This document shows, one piece after another, positions 50,844-63,715 of a stretch of 64,000 nt of DNA; within the stretch, counting starts at the first letter, position 1; each line of letters begins with the position of its first letter. Under the pieces are notes generated by a model that searched no databases, was not told the DNA's origin, and saw nothing but the letters and a program-made list of their open reading frames with translations. The DNA is from Octopus vulgaris (lineage: Eukaryota): contig OX597817.1 in the NCBI GenBank assembly GCA_951406725.2, positions 68,944,001 to 69,008,000 of the forward strand, given 5' to 3'. The position numbers and the translations under genes are program-made.

Positions 50844-51073
50844 AGGCGGCGAGCTGGCAGAAACGTTAGCACGCCGGGCGAAATGCTTAGCGGTATTTCG
50901 TCTGCGTTACGTTGTGAGTTCAAATTCCGCCGAGGTCGACTTTGCCTTTCATCCTTTCGGGGTCGATAAATTAAGTACCAGTTACGCACTGGGGTCGATG
51001 TAATCGACTTAATACCTATGTCTGTCCTTGTTTGTCCCCTCTGTGTTTAGCCCCTTGTGGGTAATAAAGAAAT
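50844..51073 (+). mobile_element. Family A SINE, young intact copy with TSD
   Basis: CpG-rich head GGCGGCGAGCTGGCAGAAACGTTAGC, B-box GAGTTCAAATTCC, Meta-like GCCTTTCATCCTTTCGGGGTCGATAAATTAAGTACCAG; TSD AGGTATTAA at 50835-50843 and 51074-51082. Confidence 0.93.
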
Positions 51074-51166
51074 AGGTATTAATAAGGAGAAGCACCCTCT
51101 ACTCATCAACACCTTCTCCTCCCAACACTCTCTGCCCCTCACCAACACTCTCTAACCTCAACAACA

Positions 51167-51209
<43 letters not shown>

Positions 51210-52245
51210 TATATATACACACATATATATATATATATACATATGTGCGTATTTTGTTCAGGCATTGCATGACTTCTAATCTGGTGTAGAACTCAATATA
51301 TATATGCTTCAGAATTGAAAACTTAGATGAGTATAGAGTGTTAATAAGAAAATGAAATGACAAAAAAAAAATCCTTTGTTCATAACATAAGCATTTATGC
51401 CTTTGTCATTTTATTTTCTTACACACACACACATGCACGCACACTCACACACATGCACGCACACTCACACACATACACACACACTTGTGAGTGTGTGTGT
51501 ATGTGATTTGTGAGTGTGTTTGTATGTGATTGTCTTTTCCTTTTTTTTTCCATCTTTGTTTTTGTATACATTTGCTGCTTTCTTCTAAGTTTTTTCCTTG
51601 GGGCTGGCCAGATTGGAGCAATCTTGAGTATAACCAGCTGAAATTGCAAAGATAATCTGGACACTCTAGTAGCATCAACACAAAAACATTCATTTCTGTT
51701 CTGTAACAGAATCATTGCTAGACTGGGGTTTTGCGTTAAAAAATTTTCAACAAGATTCTATCAATTTGTAAGAAGTAATGTATGGCATCTAGATTGTATC
51801 AGAGATTGGAGAAGAGGAGGGAGAGTTGCCCAGAAGTTTACAGTAAAATCTTTTCAAGAGCCTGGTCCTAAGGCTTGCAACAGAAGCTACAAAAATTGTA
51901 CATCAGACAGGTAGTGATGTTGAACTGAGGTGTATGACTTCCCTGCCTCTGGTTGGTTTTCTTCTGCTAAAATGTACCTTCTATAATTAAAAATTCAACT
52001 TACATTCATATACTATGTAGGGGCTCAGGTTGAAAATAAGAAAAATGTCTTAGGGTTTTTGGAATGCTTGTGTATGATCCTGCCGTTGACATAAAACAAA
52101 CTTCAATAGCTTAGCTAACAGAAGAGTATTTCCTAGACGCAACTAATGAGTGTGTGTGTGTGTGTGTGTGTTTGTGTGTGTGAATGTACGTCTTTGGGTA
52201 CGTGTGTGTGAGTATATATATGATAATATATGCATATATATATAC

Positions 52246-52336
<91 letters not shown>

Positions 52337-52385
52337 CATATATATATGTGTGTGTATATGTATATATATATATACATACACACAT

Positions 52386-52484
<99 letters not shown>

Positions 52485-52848
52485 ATTCAGGCAGTGAACA
52501 AACAAGACAGTGGAATAGTTTAGTAGATTAAATAATTAAAGATAGACTTGAAAGAATTGGAAGGAAGGAGACAGTAAAAAATATTATCTAGAGGCAAGAC
52601 TCAAAACAAAATGTCATGTTTATTTAAATGGAAGAGAAACAGATAGTAAGAAATTTGAAAATAATCTACTTTGAGACAGAGACATATAGGAAACATTCCT
52701 TATTTCAAAACATCTGTGTATTAAAATAACAGATGTTATTGATGAGAAGTAATGAGAAGTATTTGCTGAATGGAATTGGTGCACTCGGCAATTGGTGACA
52801 ATGAAAAATGAACCATGAAAACGACAGCAAACAAGAGATTATTAGAAA

Positions 52849-52935
<87 letters not shown>

Positions 52936-53553
52936 GATGAATGTTGGATGTTGAGGGATCAGGGATAGCGTAGGCGGACGTAAGAAGAGCAAACTACATA
53001 TAAGCAATGACAAGAGATGGTAATAAATGCAAGTTGCTATACTAAGGAGAATCTGTCAAGATATTGCCAGCATAGGAAAAAGATATGAAATGATAATGAC
53101 AATGATGTCGACTACCTTTAGAGTTACTCTAGTTCTATGAACTATAAAACTAACATACATCTTTCACAACCTCCCTATCCTATCTGAGATGAAATGAACA
53201 AGATCTAGAATCCACAATATCCTACATCTTGTAGGATCCAGAACAAGATTCAGGAACTCATCCAGATACCAAAATTGCATATAGATGTGTTCCTGAAATT
53301 TTTACCTTAGTTATAATGGTTTAACTGGATTTCTTTCTTTCTTTTCAAGGGACATGTATGAAATTCAACAAGAAAGACAGAAAGACAGAAAATAAATTCA
53401 TTTCAACAGTCATTTTATCCAGGATCAATGCAATATCTAAATACATTGACACTAGATTAAAATTTAACTTAGGAAATAGGTTTACCTGTGTCTGTTTTAT
53501 ATTCATTCTGTTGATTGTGGCACATGCCATTCACCATTATTTTGAAATATACA

Positions 53554-53701
<148 letters not shown>

Positions 53702-54305
53702 CACACACACTTATATTTGTGTGTATATGTATGTGTATATATGTATGCGTGCATATGTGTGTGATGTATATCTACCTATCTGTCCATCTCTCTCTCCTTC
53801 TCTCTCTCTTTCTGTATATATATATATACAGACACACACATACATACATACACACACACCCACGTATACCGAAACACACAAATACATATGTATACACAAA
53901 TCTATGTATGTAAGTAGGTGTCTTAAGAAATTAAATGTATTATATTGTATTTAGGTTGTTGATATTTATTGCAATGTTTTTTTCACACACTTTCTGTGCT
54001 TTTTAAAAAATTTTTTCTCTTATTCTTCCTTCAGAGAGAATTTTCGTATGTTTCTGAGTCAAAAACTTTATTAGATTTGTTAAACAACTCCATTTTTACT
54101 TGCTTTTAAGTGACATCAAGAAAAAATTGAGACAGTAAGACAAACAAATATAAAATAACATAGGGTTTATCTATGTGTGTGTGCACGTGCTAGTATCGAA
54201 ATAAAAAGGGAATATAAATATATGAGTGGTTGGTTAAGGACTTTGCTTCCCAGCCATGTGGCTACAAGTTCAGTCCCACCACATGACACCATGTGTAAGT
54301 GTCTT

Positions 54306-54344
<39 letters not shown>

Positions 54345-54346
<2 letters not shown>

Positions 54347-54565
54347 CCAAACATCCAAACAAGAAAACACAAAAGAACACAACAACGCGAGGACGTGGAA
54401 CAAATATAGTATTATTGGACACTCAGGAAAGAATGAAAGAAGGAGGGTTTAATGTTTTGAGCGGAGCTCTTCGTCAGAAACATAGGAGAAGGAAAGATCC
54501 AGAGAAGGGAAGACAGACGAAAAAAAAAATCACCAACAGTACACACACGGTCACATTTTGAATGT
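54345..54565 (-). mobile_element. Short Penelope-like/retrozyme-like element with hammerhead motif
   Basis: Minus strand GTTT-CTGACGA-A-GAGC-tcc-GCTC-AAAA-CATT-AAAC (54447-54481); downstream sequence homologous to 57950-58085; adjoins (TA)n. Confidence 0.65.
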
Positions 54566-54745
54566 GGATCCTGTCAAATCATCCAACTTATGCCAGACCT
54601 TAAAGATGAGGATCATACATGCACACATACCGCCCCCCATATATATATATATATATATAGTTGGATGATTTGGATGATTTGACAGGATCCAATGATCCTG
54701 TACATGGCTGCTTGTTTCTCCGGAGACTATCAGAATGATGTTGAC

Positions 54746-54788
54746 ACCTCTGATGAGAACCCAATAAGGTTTGAAAATTGATTAAGGT
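54746..54788 (+). ncRNA. Type I hammerhead ribozyme motif
   Basis: ACCT | CTGATGA | GAACC caataa GGTTT | GAAA | ATTGAT | TA | AGGT: stem I ACCT/AGGT, canonical core, stem II, near-palindromic stem III (AATTGATT), UA cleavage site. Confidence 0.72.
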
Positions 54789-54824
54789 TGTTCATCATCT
54801 TTTCAGTCAGCAGAGAAATTGCTA

Positions 54825-55035
54825 GAAGGGTGGCAAGCTGGCAGAATTGTTAGCACGCTGGGCAAAATGCTTAATGGTATTTCATCAGCCATTATGTACT
54901 GAGTTCAAATTCTGCCAAGATTGACTTTGCCTTTCATCCTTTCAAGGTCATTGAAATTAATAACAGTCACACAATGGTTTTGATGTAATTGACTTAATCC
55001 CTTCCCCCAAATTCAAGCCTTGTATTTCTAGTAGA
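54825..55035 (+). mobile_element. Family A SINE with (ATT)n tail
   Basis: Head, B-box GAGTTCAAATTC, Meta-like core, tail GCCTTGTATTTCTAGTAGAAATG(ATT)n. Confidence 0.85.
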
Positions 55036-55056
55036 AATGATTATTATTATTATTAC

Positions 55057-55101
<45 letters not shown>

Positions 55102-55116
55102 CATTATTATTATTGT

Positions 55117-55583
55117 GGCCTCTACCTGGGATGTAGCCAGTCCACTTATGCATACCTTTCTTTCTTGTGACACAAACACTACTTGTGAAAACCTGTTGAG
55201 GCAAGTGAAAATCAAAATCGAAATCGATCAACATCAATGGAAATTGTAGCTGTAATACCAGTGCCGGTGGCACGTAAGAGAACCATCCGAACGTAACAGT
55301 TGCCAACGCCACCCCTGACTGGCCTCCGTGCTGGTGGCACGTAAAAAGCACCATCCGATTGTGGCTGTTTGCCAGCCTCGTCTGGCACCCGTGCAGGTGG
55401 CACGTAAAAAGCACCCACTACACTCACAGAGTGGTTGGCGTTAGGAAGGGCATCCAGCTGTAGAAACACTGCCAGATCAGACTGGGCCTGGCGCAGCCTT
55501 CTGGCTTCCCAGACCCCAGTTGAACTGTCCAACCCATGCTAGCATGGAAAACGGACGTTAAACGTTAAATGATGATGATGATG

Positions 55584-55585
<2 letters not shown>
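55117..55585 (+). mobile_element. Family C element, young copy
   Basis: Three ~60 bp sub-repeats GTGC.GGTGGCACGTAA.A.., then GGTTGGCGTTAGGAAGGGCATCCAGCTGTAGAAAC and tail CCCATGCTAGCATGGAAAACGGACGTTAAA(TGA)n. Confidence 0.88.
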
Positions 55586-55674
<89 letters not shown>

Positions 55675-56196
55675 TGTAGCCATATGTTGATAGCCAATGA
55701 GTTTGATAGCCAATGGTGCATTGTATCCTTAAGCAAGATACTTTATTTCATGTTTCTCCATCCACTCAGCAGGCAAAAATGAACTGTACTTGTAATGAAG
55801 GGTATTTGTAATTCCAAAGGCCAGTAATCTCATATTCAGTTTATCTTGCACAGAATCTTCCAGAGAACTACATTAAGGGTACACATGTCTGTGGAGTGCT
55901 CTACCACTTGTACACTAATTTCATGAGCAGGTTGTTCCATTGATCAGATCAACTGGAATGCTTGTCATAACCATCAGAGTGTCAGCTGTACAACAGACAA
56001 AATGCTTCACGGCATTTCCTATAGCTCTTTAAAGTTTATGCTGCCAAGGTCAACTTGACATATCATTCATTCGGTGTCAATAAAATAAAGTACCAGTAAA
56101 ACACTGGAGTCTATGTAATTGACTACTCTCTCCCACCAAATTTCAGGCCTTGTACCTATATTAGAAACATGCATTATTATTATTATTATTATTATT

Positions 56197-56748
56197 GAGT
56201 GAGAGAGCAGTTCATGCCATCAAAGTGACACTGGGGTAAAATATACGAAGCCCAATATACCCATCATGACTACCCGTCTGATAAAGGTACACCAGGCACA
56301 TGCATCACAACCATATGTGCGCGACATGGTGATCTCATATCAAGATAAACAGCACATGACCTTGCGGGTGGGGCCCAGTTAGAATTTTCTTCAGGTTGAG
56401 TAGCCCATCCCGCTCAAACGGTCCCTGAATAAGGGTTGTTTAAGGATGTTGAAAGAACCACCCATGTTTCCAAAGGTGAACTATTCAAACCCCAAAGAAT
56501 CCCTCTCAACACATGGCTATGATGCTCCCCCACTACTTCTGCTCATGATCAGAGATGCACATATCGTCAGCCACTAAGGGACATGCTCAACTGGTTAAGG
56601 TCAAACAACTGACAAGCAAATCTGTGGTATTGAGCAGAATATTTGCTGTAGCCCATCTTTTATACCAAGACAAAACAATGTACATGATAACACTTCCAAT
56701 CAGTTAAGATCAGAAGCCATGAGAGCCACTGCCTGGTACTGCATCAGT
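56197..56748 (-). mobile_element. ~550 bp non-coding insertion in a (TAA)n/(TTA)n tract, probably the 3' portion of a TAA-targeting retroelement
   Basis: GC-richer, complex sequence with sharp borders, flanked on both sides by (TTA)n; no ORF or tRNA head recognised. Confidence 0.55.
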
Positions 56749-56789
56749 ATTATTATTATTATTATGATGATGATCATCATCATCATCAT

Positions 56790-56990
56790 TAAGGCAGCAA
56801 GCTGTCAGAATTGTTAGTATATCAAGCAAAATGCTTAGCGGAATTTCGTCCACTTTCACATTCTCAGTTCAAATTCTGTCTTGATCATCCTTTAAGGGTT
56901 GATAAAATAAAAACCAGTTACACACTGGGGTCAATGTAATCAACTAGCTCTCTCCCCCAAAATTTCAGGCCTTGTGCCTATAGTAGAATG
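56790..56990 (+). mobile_element. Family A SINE with long (ATT)n tail; another copy at 55995-56165
   Basis: AAGGCAGCAAGCTGTCAGAA head; tail TTTCAGGCCTTGTGCCTATAGTAGAA then (TTA)n to ~57110. Confidence 0.82.
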
Positions 56991-56995
56991 GGTTG

Positions 56996-57038
<43 letters not shown>

Positions 57039-57507
57039 CATTATTATTATTATTATTATTACTTTATTAATATTATTATTATTATTATTACTTTATTAAT
57101 ATTATTATATTTTTATTTTTGTTTAAACAGTAACAGACTAGACATCAGATGAGTTTCATGTTTCAATAACCAAATCAATAACAGAAAAATTATAAACAAA
57201 TGATATTTAAACATATTTTATAAAAATATTTGCAATAGTACTAATGATGGTGGAGATGTGGTGGTGGTGGTGGTGGAGCTGCTGCTGCTGCTTCTGATGA
57301 TGATGATAATGATGACAGCAGTGGCAGCACCTTCGGCTCCTTCTGTCTATAACAGCTTGAAGTTAATACAGAAATTTAGCAGACACTTGTTCGCAAATTT
57401 TTGCTGTTAACTTAATTTGTTAAATGTCTGCAGGGAAAGGTAAAAAACAAAGAAAAATGGAAAAAATATATATAGATACACCTTATTCAATCTTTCTTTC
57501 TTTCTTG

Positions 57508-57559
<52 letters not shown>

Positions 57560-57949
57560 TATACAAACCACATAAACACACAATTACTCAATAATTCTCT
57601 TACACAATCCTTGACATGCACAAATACACATATACCTTACATGCTCACACACGTGCATTCACACATACATACATGCACATACATACACTTGCATAACATA
57701 CATAGACTCACATTACATACACTTTACACACATTCATATATACACACATACACATATACATATAACCATAATCAAAAGTACATATATTCCCTCTATGCAC
57801 TTACATATACCCACATTTTTGCATATACATACACCTCCCATCCTCACATAAATACCGACATCCATATATGTATATATGTATGTATATATATATACATATA
57901 TATGTATGTGTGTGTGTGCGTGTGTACGTATATGTATGTATATATATAT

Positions 57950-58082
57950 ATTTCTGATGAAGAGCTTTGCTTGAAACGTTAAATCCTCCTTTATTCTTTC
58001 CTTTCATGAGCATCAAATAACACTATACTTGTTCAACGTCCTTGCATTGTTGTGTTTTCTCTTTGTTCATGTTTGGATTAAC

Positions 58083-58085
<3 letters not shown>
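57950..58085 (+). mobile_element. Short Penelope-like/retrozyme-like element starting at a minimal hammerhead motif
   Basis: ATTT-CTGATGA-A-GAGC-ttt-GCTT-GAAA-CGTT-AAAT (57950-57984), with palindromic ACGT in place of stem III; (TA)n on both flanks. Confidence 0.68.
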
Positions 58086-58121
<36 letters not shown>

Positions 58122-58227
58122 TAAATATTTGGATGTAAAATAAGTATAATGAGGATGATGATGATGGTGATAGTGATGCTGATGATATCTTTTTATTGTG
58201 TATTTAGAATATATATATATATATATA

Positions 58228-58545
58228 TATACATACATACACAAATACTATATATATATGTATGTATATATATATATATATATACACAAATACTATATAT
58301 ATATACATATATATATACATACACAAATACTATATATATATATATACACACATATATATATATATATATACATATATATATACACACACATACACAAATA
58401 CTATATATATATATACATACACAAATACTATATATATATATATATATATATACATACACAAATACTACATATATATATATATATATATACATACACAAAT
58501 ACTATATATATATATATATACATACACAAATACTATATATATATA
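58228..58545. repeat. Minisatellite of (CA)TACACAAATAC + variable (TA)n
   Basis: About 8 copies of ACACAAATAC separated by (TA)n of differing length. Confidence 0.9.
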
Positions 58546-58576
<31 letters not shown>

Positions 58577-59475
58577 ATATATACATATATATATATACCA
58601 TATATATATATAGATATACACACACACACACGTATATGTTGTATATAAATGATGCAAAATAAGTATGATGTTGGTGATGATGATGATATTTTCTATTTAC
58701 AATCTAAAATTTTCTTCGAGATTCTAGTGGGTTTGCATACAGCTACCAACCTTGTAGTTGGAATTTCTTACATCTGTGGTCATCTTGATAAAATTATAGG
58801 CTCCCAGATAGAGCAATGTGTTGTGGCCCTTACAAAAGTAGAACATGTATAGATCAGCAATGATCACCTCCACAGTCGTCTGCACATGCCTTAAAAGACC
58901 ACTGCTTAGATGTGCCTCATAAAAAGCAAACATTGTTAATAATTAGCAAATAAGCATTTTACATTTGTCCTGCATTAAATATTTTAAAGACATTCTTTTT
59001 TTTTTTTGTACATCTAAAATTAGCAAGGCATATGTCCAAAATTTCCAGAAGCCCCTTTTTGGCAAAAAAATAATCTCAAAAGGAATTATTTTCATTATAG
59101 AAATCTTGGTAAAATGAAAAATATTGCGAGAGTGAAGCAAAACAAGTATTTCTTCAACAAGTAATAATGATGATGATGATCATCATCATCATAATGATAA
59201 TAATTATAATAATAATAATGATAATAATAATAATAATAATCCCTTCAACTATAAGCCTGTAAAATTCTAAAAGACTAAACTGACCTTGGTGGAAATTTAA
59301 CACAGAACATGAAGATCCCAAGTAACATCAATAAGCATTTTGTCTAATGTGCTAATGGCTTTACCACCTTGTTGCATTAAAGAAAAAGTTCACCACATTG
59401 AGATTTGATCTCGGACTACAGATATCTGGAACATTTGCTGTATGGCATTGTCATCAATACTGTAATGATTCGTTA

Positions 59476-59515
<40 letters not shown>

Positions 59516-59517
<2 letters not shown>

Positions 59518-59915
59518 GATGATTTTTGATGATGCATTCATGGGATTTTATGATTTAGTGTGACCATGAGATAGAGAATATGAAACCAGGCATAGTGAGA
59601 AAGAAAGCAAATGATGCTGATAACAAAGTATGCGATAAGGAAGAAAGAAAAGTCGATAGATATAACAAGTTAGCTTGGGAGGTTAAGCAGTTGTGGTCAC
59701 AGTAAAAAGTGGGAAACAGTGAGTAAAAATCTTGAGAAGTACATGGAACAAACATGGGCTACAATAAGGGTGGCGCACCTGCAGGAAGCAGCACTGCTTG
59801 AAACCACTTGAATACTCCGGATAGTAGTAAAAAAATAAGGGGTGTTACCTTAGTTCACTGGTAGTGAACAGCTGACACCGTAGTACATTTCCAGCATTAG
59901 AAGTTGTGCAAATAC
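59516..59915 (+). mobile_element. Degenerate Dong-like endonuclease 3' fragment in (TAA)n
   Basis: WDFMI*CDHEIENMKPGIV...KVCDKEERKVDRYNKLAWEVKQLW...LQEAALL aligns in order with WDFPVHTDRTIKANKPDIVV...KEFDKLRKYKDLLIEIEKMW...VQKIVL; TAA flanks. Confidence 0.78.
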
Positions 59916-59939
59916 AATAAAATAATAATAATAATAACA

Positions 59940-60320
59940 ATAATTTCTACTATAGGCACATGACCTAAACTGTTGGGGAAGGTACTTAACTGGTACTATT
60001 TCATTCACCTCCTAGAGCATGAAAGACAAAAGTTGACCTTCGCAGAATTTGAACACAGCACATAAAGATGAATGAAATGCCACTAAGCATTTTACCTGAT
60101 ATGCTAACAATCCTGCCAGCTTGCTACCTTAATGATAATAATAATTCTTTCTCCTATATGCAGAAGGCCTAAAATTTGAGGGGGGGAGGAGGTTCATTGA
60201 TTTCTTTGAAGTCTAGTACTCAAATGGTACTTATTTTATTAAAGCCAAATGGATGAAAGGCAAAGTCAATCTCATCGGCATTTGAACTCGGAACATGAAG
60301 AGCTGGAAGAAATGTTACTT
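59940..60320 (-). mobile_element. Two tandem degenerate family A SINEs
   Basis: TTTCT.CTATA.GCA tails and ATTTGAAC/CTGCCAGCTTGCTACCTT head remnants, separated by TAA. Confidence 0.75.
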
Positions 60321-60323
60321 ATA

Positions 60324-60365
<42 letters not shown>

Positions 60366-61228
60366 TTCACATGCAAAAAAGGTAAAAAAAAATGAAAATA
60401 AAATAAACCACAATAACAGTTACCCCCACTTGATACTTTGAAACAGCCATCAGATTGAAATTATAACTTTTACTGAAAGTTGTAATAAATGCTCTTGAAG
60501 CTAATAATTTGTCTTAGTCAACAGTTAATACAGTGAAATAAAAAAGGAGGGAAATGGCAACAGAGAAAAATAAAGATCAAGTACCTGAGGAAACTAAAAC
60601 CTGAATGTCTCTTCCATTCCATGCCATTTCATTTGGCATTTTTTTTTTTTTGTTTTTTGTTTTTATAATGACAAAGATAAATGGAGAAATGAGACTTAGA
60701 GAAATAAATATTAAAAAATAACAAAAAATATGATGAAAATTTTGTAAGCCTTTAAAAAATAATTCCAGTTTCAATTCCTAATTAATTATAAATAGTGACT
60801 TTAATTAATTAAGAACAATGACAACAATAAGAACCAAATGATTGGAACCAGTCAACGTTTATGATTTATCGAAGCTGGATACTTTAATCTCCCAAGTTGT
60901 TTAAAGTTAATTTTCAAAAGGAAGAATATGTTTCTCTCCAATAATTAGGAATCAACTTCCACTACCACCACAACCACTACGACTACTACTACCACCACCA
61001 CCACTTAAAGAGGGAGGCACTACAGTCAATAAAAAGTACTAGTACAACTCTGACCTCAACACCACCACCACCACCACCACCACTTTCATTACAGACAACT
61101 GTCATCATAAACTGGATATTCCATCACTTATGATGAAAAGGGTTCCTGTTGATTTGCTCAATAGAACATCTTGTTTTTAAAATTAATGTGCAAGCAGCCA
61201 AGCACTCCACAGATATGCATACCCTTAA

Positions 61229-61460
61229 CCCATATATACCCCTGGTTGCGTTTTCGCAATGCAACACCTGCTCCTACCTGTTTGGACATGAAGTCACCAG
61301 AAAGCATCTGACAGAGCATATGAAATATTCAGTAGGTAGTCAACACCTGTAGCTAACAGTTGCATACTGTCCATCTTTTCCAGGTTGCGAAAGCTTATCA
61401 TAATGTTTAATCTAAATATGGTGAAATTTTAAAACTTCATTTTTTTATGGGCATATATGG
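61229..61460. mobile_element. piggyBac-type MITE nested in a family D SINE
   Basis: TTAA|CCATATATACCC ... GGGCATATATGG|ATTTAA; the host SINE resumes afterwards; paralogous SINE copies (44515, 55872) are uninterrupted here. Confidence 0.78.
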
Positions 61461-61829
61461 ATTTAATGTAAGCCACAGGGAGATTCAGTGTGACACTCTG
61501 AATGTGACAAGGCTGGCCCAATGAATTGCTGGTACAACCCACTTTTGTCAGCTGAGTGTGGACTGGAGTAGTGTGATATAGAGTGTCTTACTCAAGAACA
61601 TAATGCACTACTGAGTATTGAACTCGTAAGCTTAGGATTATAAGCCAAATACACTAACCACTAAGCCATGTGCTCTTAGTGTCATCATAGGCAGGATGGT
61701 GAAAGCTGGAATGTCCTTGATCAGAGGTTTGCTCAGTTAGGGCTGACCCAGGGTTAAGCAACAATAGCAACATAACTACTATCACCAAAACCACATCAAG
61801 CGAGCTTCTTAATCACACAACCTTTGAAC

Positions 61830-62280
61830 GTTGGACCTCACAGAGGCAATGACAAGTAACCAAGACTTTTAGAGATATGCAGTGCTTGAGAAGACCCAGC
61901 AAGCCAAGTGAGATCGTAGTCATGGCCAATGACAGTGTCACATAACCAGCCTATTTAAGAGTACCCTTCAATCATTGGGCAATATGCTGTGCTTGAGAAG
62001 ACCTGTTGAGTCAAGTGAAATCATTGTCGTGGCTGATGCCAGTACCACCTGATTGGCATGTAAAAAGCACTATTTGAGTGTGGTTGATGCCAATGCCGCC
62101 TGACTGGCCCATGCTGGTGGAACATAAGAAACATCCACTTCACTCTTGGTTGGCATTAGGAAGGGCATCCAGCTGTAGAAACCTTGCCAGATCAGATTGG
62201 AGCCGGGTGCAGCCTCCTGGCTTGCCAACCCATGCCAGCATGTAAAGCAGAGGTTAAACAAGGATGATGATGACAATGAC
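61830..62280 (+). mobile_element. Family C element
   Basis: Repeated GTGCTTGAGAAGACC units, TTGGCATTAGGAAGGGCATCCAGCTGTAGAAACC and a GAT tail. Confidence 0.8.
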
Positions 62281-62955
62281 AATATTCACATACAGAAACG
62301 CATGAAATCTGAAACATTATCCTGATCAATTAATTTGTTGCTGACACCTACATGTTATATCTGAAAATATTATTAACCAAAACAAAACTTGCACTAGACA
62401 TGTTAAAAATTTAAACACATCAAGCAAGGGAGATAAAACTCATTAGCTCAGTTGATTGAAAAACACAAACAAGTCAGAGTGTTGAAATGATACACATAAA
62501 TAACTGGTAGAGTGATCAAGAGTTGAGGATATACTGCTATTGGGATTGAAAAGCAATTAGCAAGATAACTCTGTTATCAAAAAGTAAATGTGGTTGTGTT
62601 ATTAGTGTTGGGGTCAAATGGAAATTATTATTCTTTTTATCAAGTTATGTATTGAATACTGACATTTGAAAATATATCATTAAATTATCTAAATTTCTTT
62701 TTGGTTTTATTTTTTGTTTTGGGATCTATGTTAAAATGAACTAGGGTGTAGCTAATTTTTTGTTAGTGCAAAGTGAAATGTAATTTGGTTATTATTTCCA
62801 CAGTTTGAAGAATTGCATATATATTTTTATTTTTAAATCTATATGTAATTATGAAAGTTTATTTTTGATTCACCACCATACATGACTAAATAGATTTGTT
62901 GAATAATACCTGTGTCTCATCAGTGTGAATTATTTGCTTATTGATGATACAATGG

Positions 62956-62999
<44 letters not shown>

Positions 63000-63189
63000 T
63001 GTGTTTGCATATATGTGTGTAGACATGCATATGTATGTGCATACACACACACACACACACTCACACACACATATCATCTGCATGATTTTATGTCTGCTTT
63101 CCATGCTGACACGATTGAATAGTTTGACAGAATCTGATGAGTCTGAGAACAGTGTTATGCACCAATGTCTCAATATTGGCATTGTTTAA

Positions 63190-63298
63190 CTCTTTAGCAT
63201 TCAGAGTTCTTTGTCAAATGTTCAGCTTATTTATTCACATTATTTTCAATTAATCACGCATTATCTTGTAGTTTCAAGATTTCAATTGTATCATCATC

Positions 63299-63330
<32 letters not shown>

Positions 63331-63495
63331 TTAACGCTTTCTTTCCATGCTGTCATGGGTTAGACAGGGCATGGGCTGTTGGTATGGTCTGAGAATGACA
63401 TTGTAGGATAGGTGCGAGAGTTTGAATATGGTTGATTTTAACACAAAACAAGAAGAATATTTGGGCCAGATATGGCTGGATTAAATGCTAAAGGG
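63190..63495. mobile_element. piggyBac-type MITE carrying an inserted family C tail
   Basis: TTAA|CTCTTTAGCATT ... AATGCTAAAGGG|TTAA; (CAT)n-TTTAACGC...CCATGCTGTCATGGG insert at ~63290-63370. Confidence 0.8.
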
Positions 63496-63499
63496 TTAA

Positions 63500-63715
63500 G
63501 ATGACAAGCTGGCTGAATCGTTAGCATGCAGGGTAAAATGCTGCAAAACATTTTCTCCATCTTTACATTCTGAGTTCAAATTCCACTGAGGTTGACTTTG
63601 CCTTTCATCCTTTTAGGGGTTGATAAAATAAATACTCATTGAGTATTGTGGTCAATGTAATCAGCGTAGCTCCTTCCTCAAAATTGATGGCCTTGTGCCA
63701 AAATTTGAAACCAAT
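63500..63715 (+). mobile_element. Family A SINE
   Basis: GAGTTCAAATTCC..GAGGTTGACTTTGCCTTTCATCCTTTTAGGGGTTGATAAA core. Confidence 0.8.

Noticed and set aside
51595-51655. GGCTGG...CCAGCT-GAAA-TTGCAA stem resembling half a hammerhead
   Set aside because: No CUGANGA core upstream of the stem; cannot be supported from this copy.
60577-60640. Minus-strand ATG...CAG|GT segment (MPNEMAWNGRDIQ) as a first exon or recursive splice site
   Set aside because: Donor matches are weak (GTTTTA, GTACTT) and nothing else supports it.
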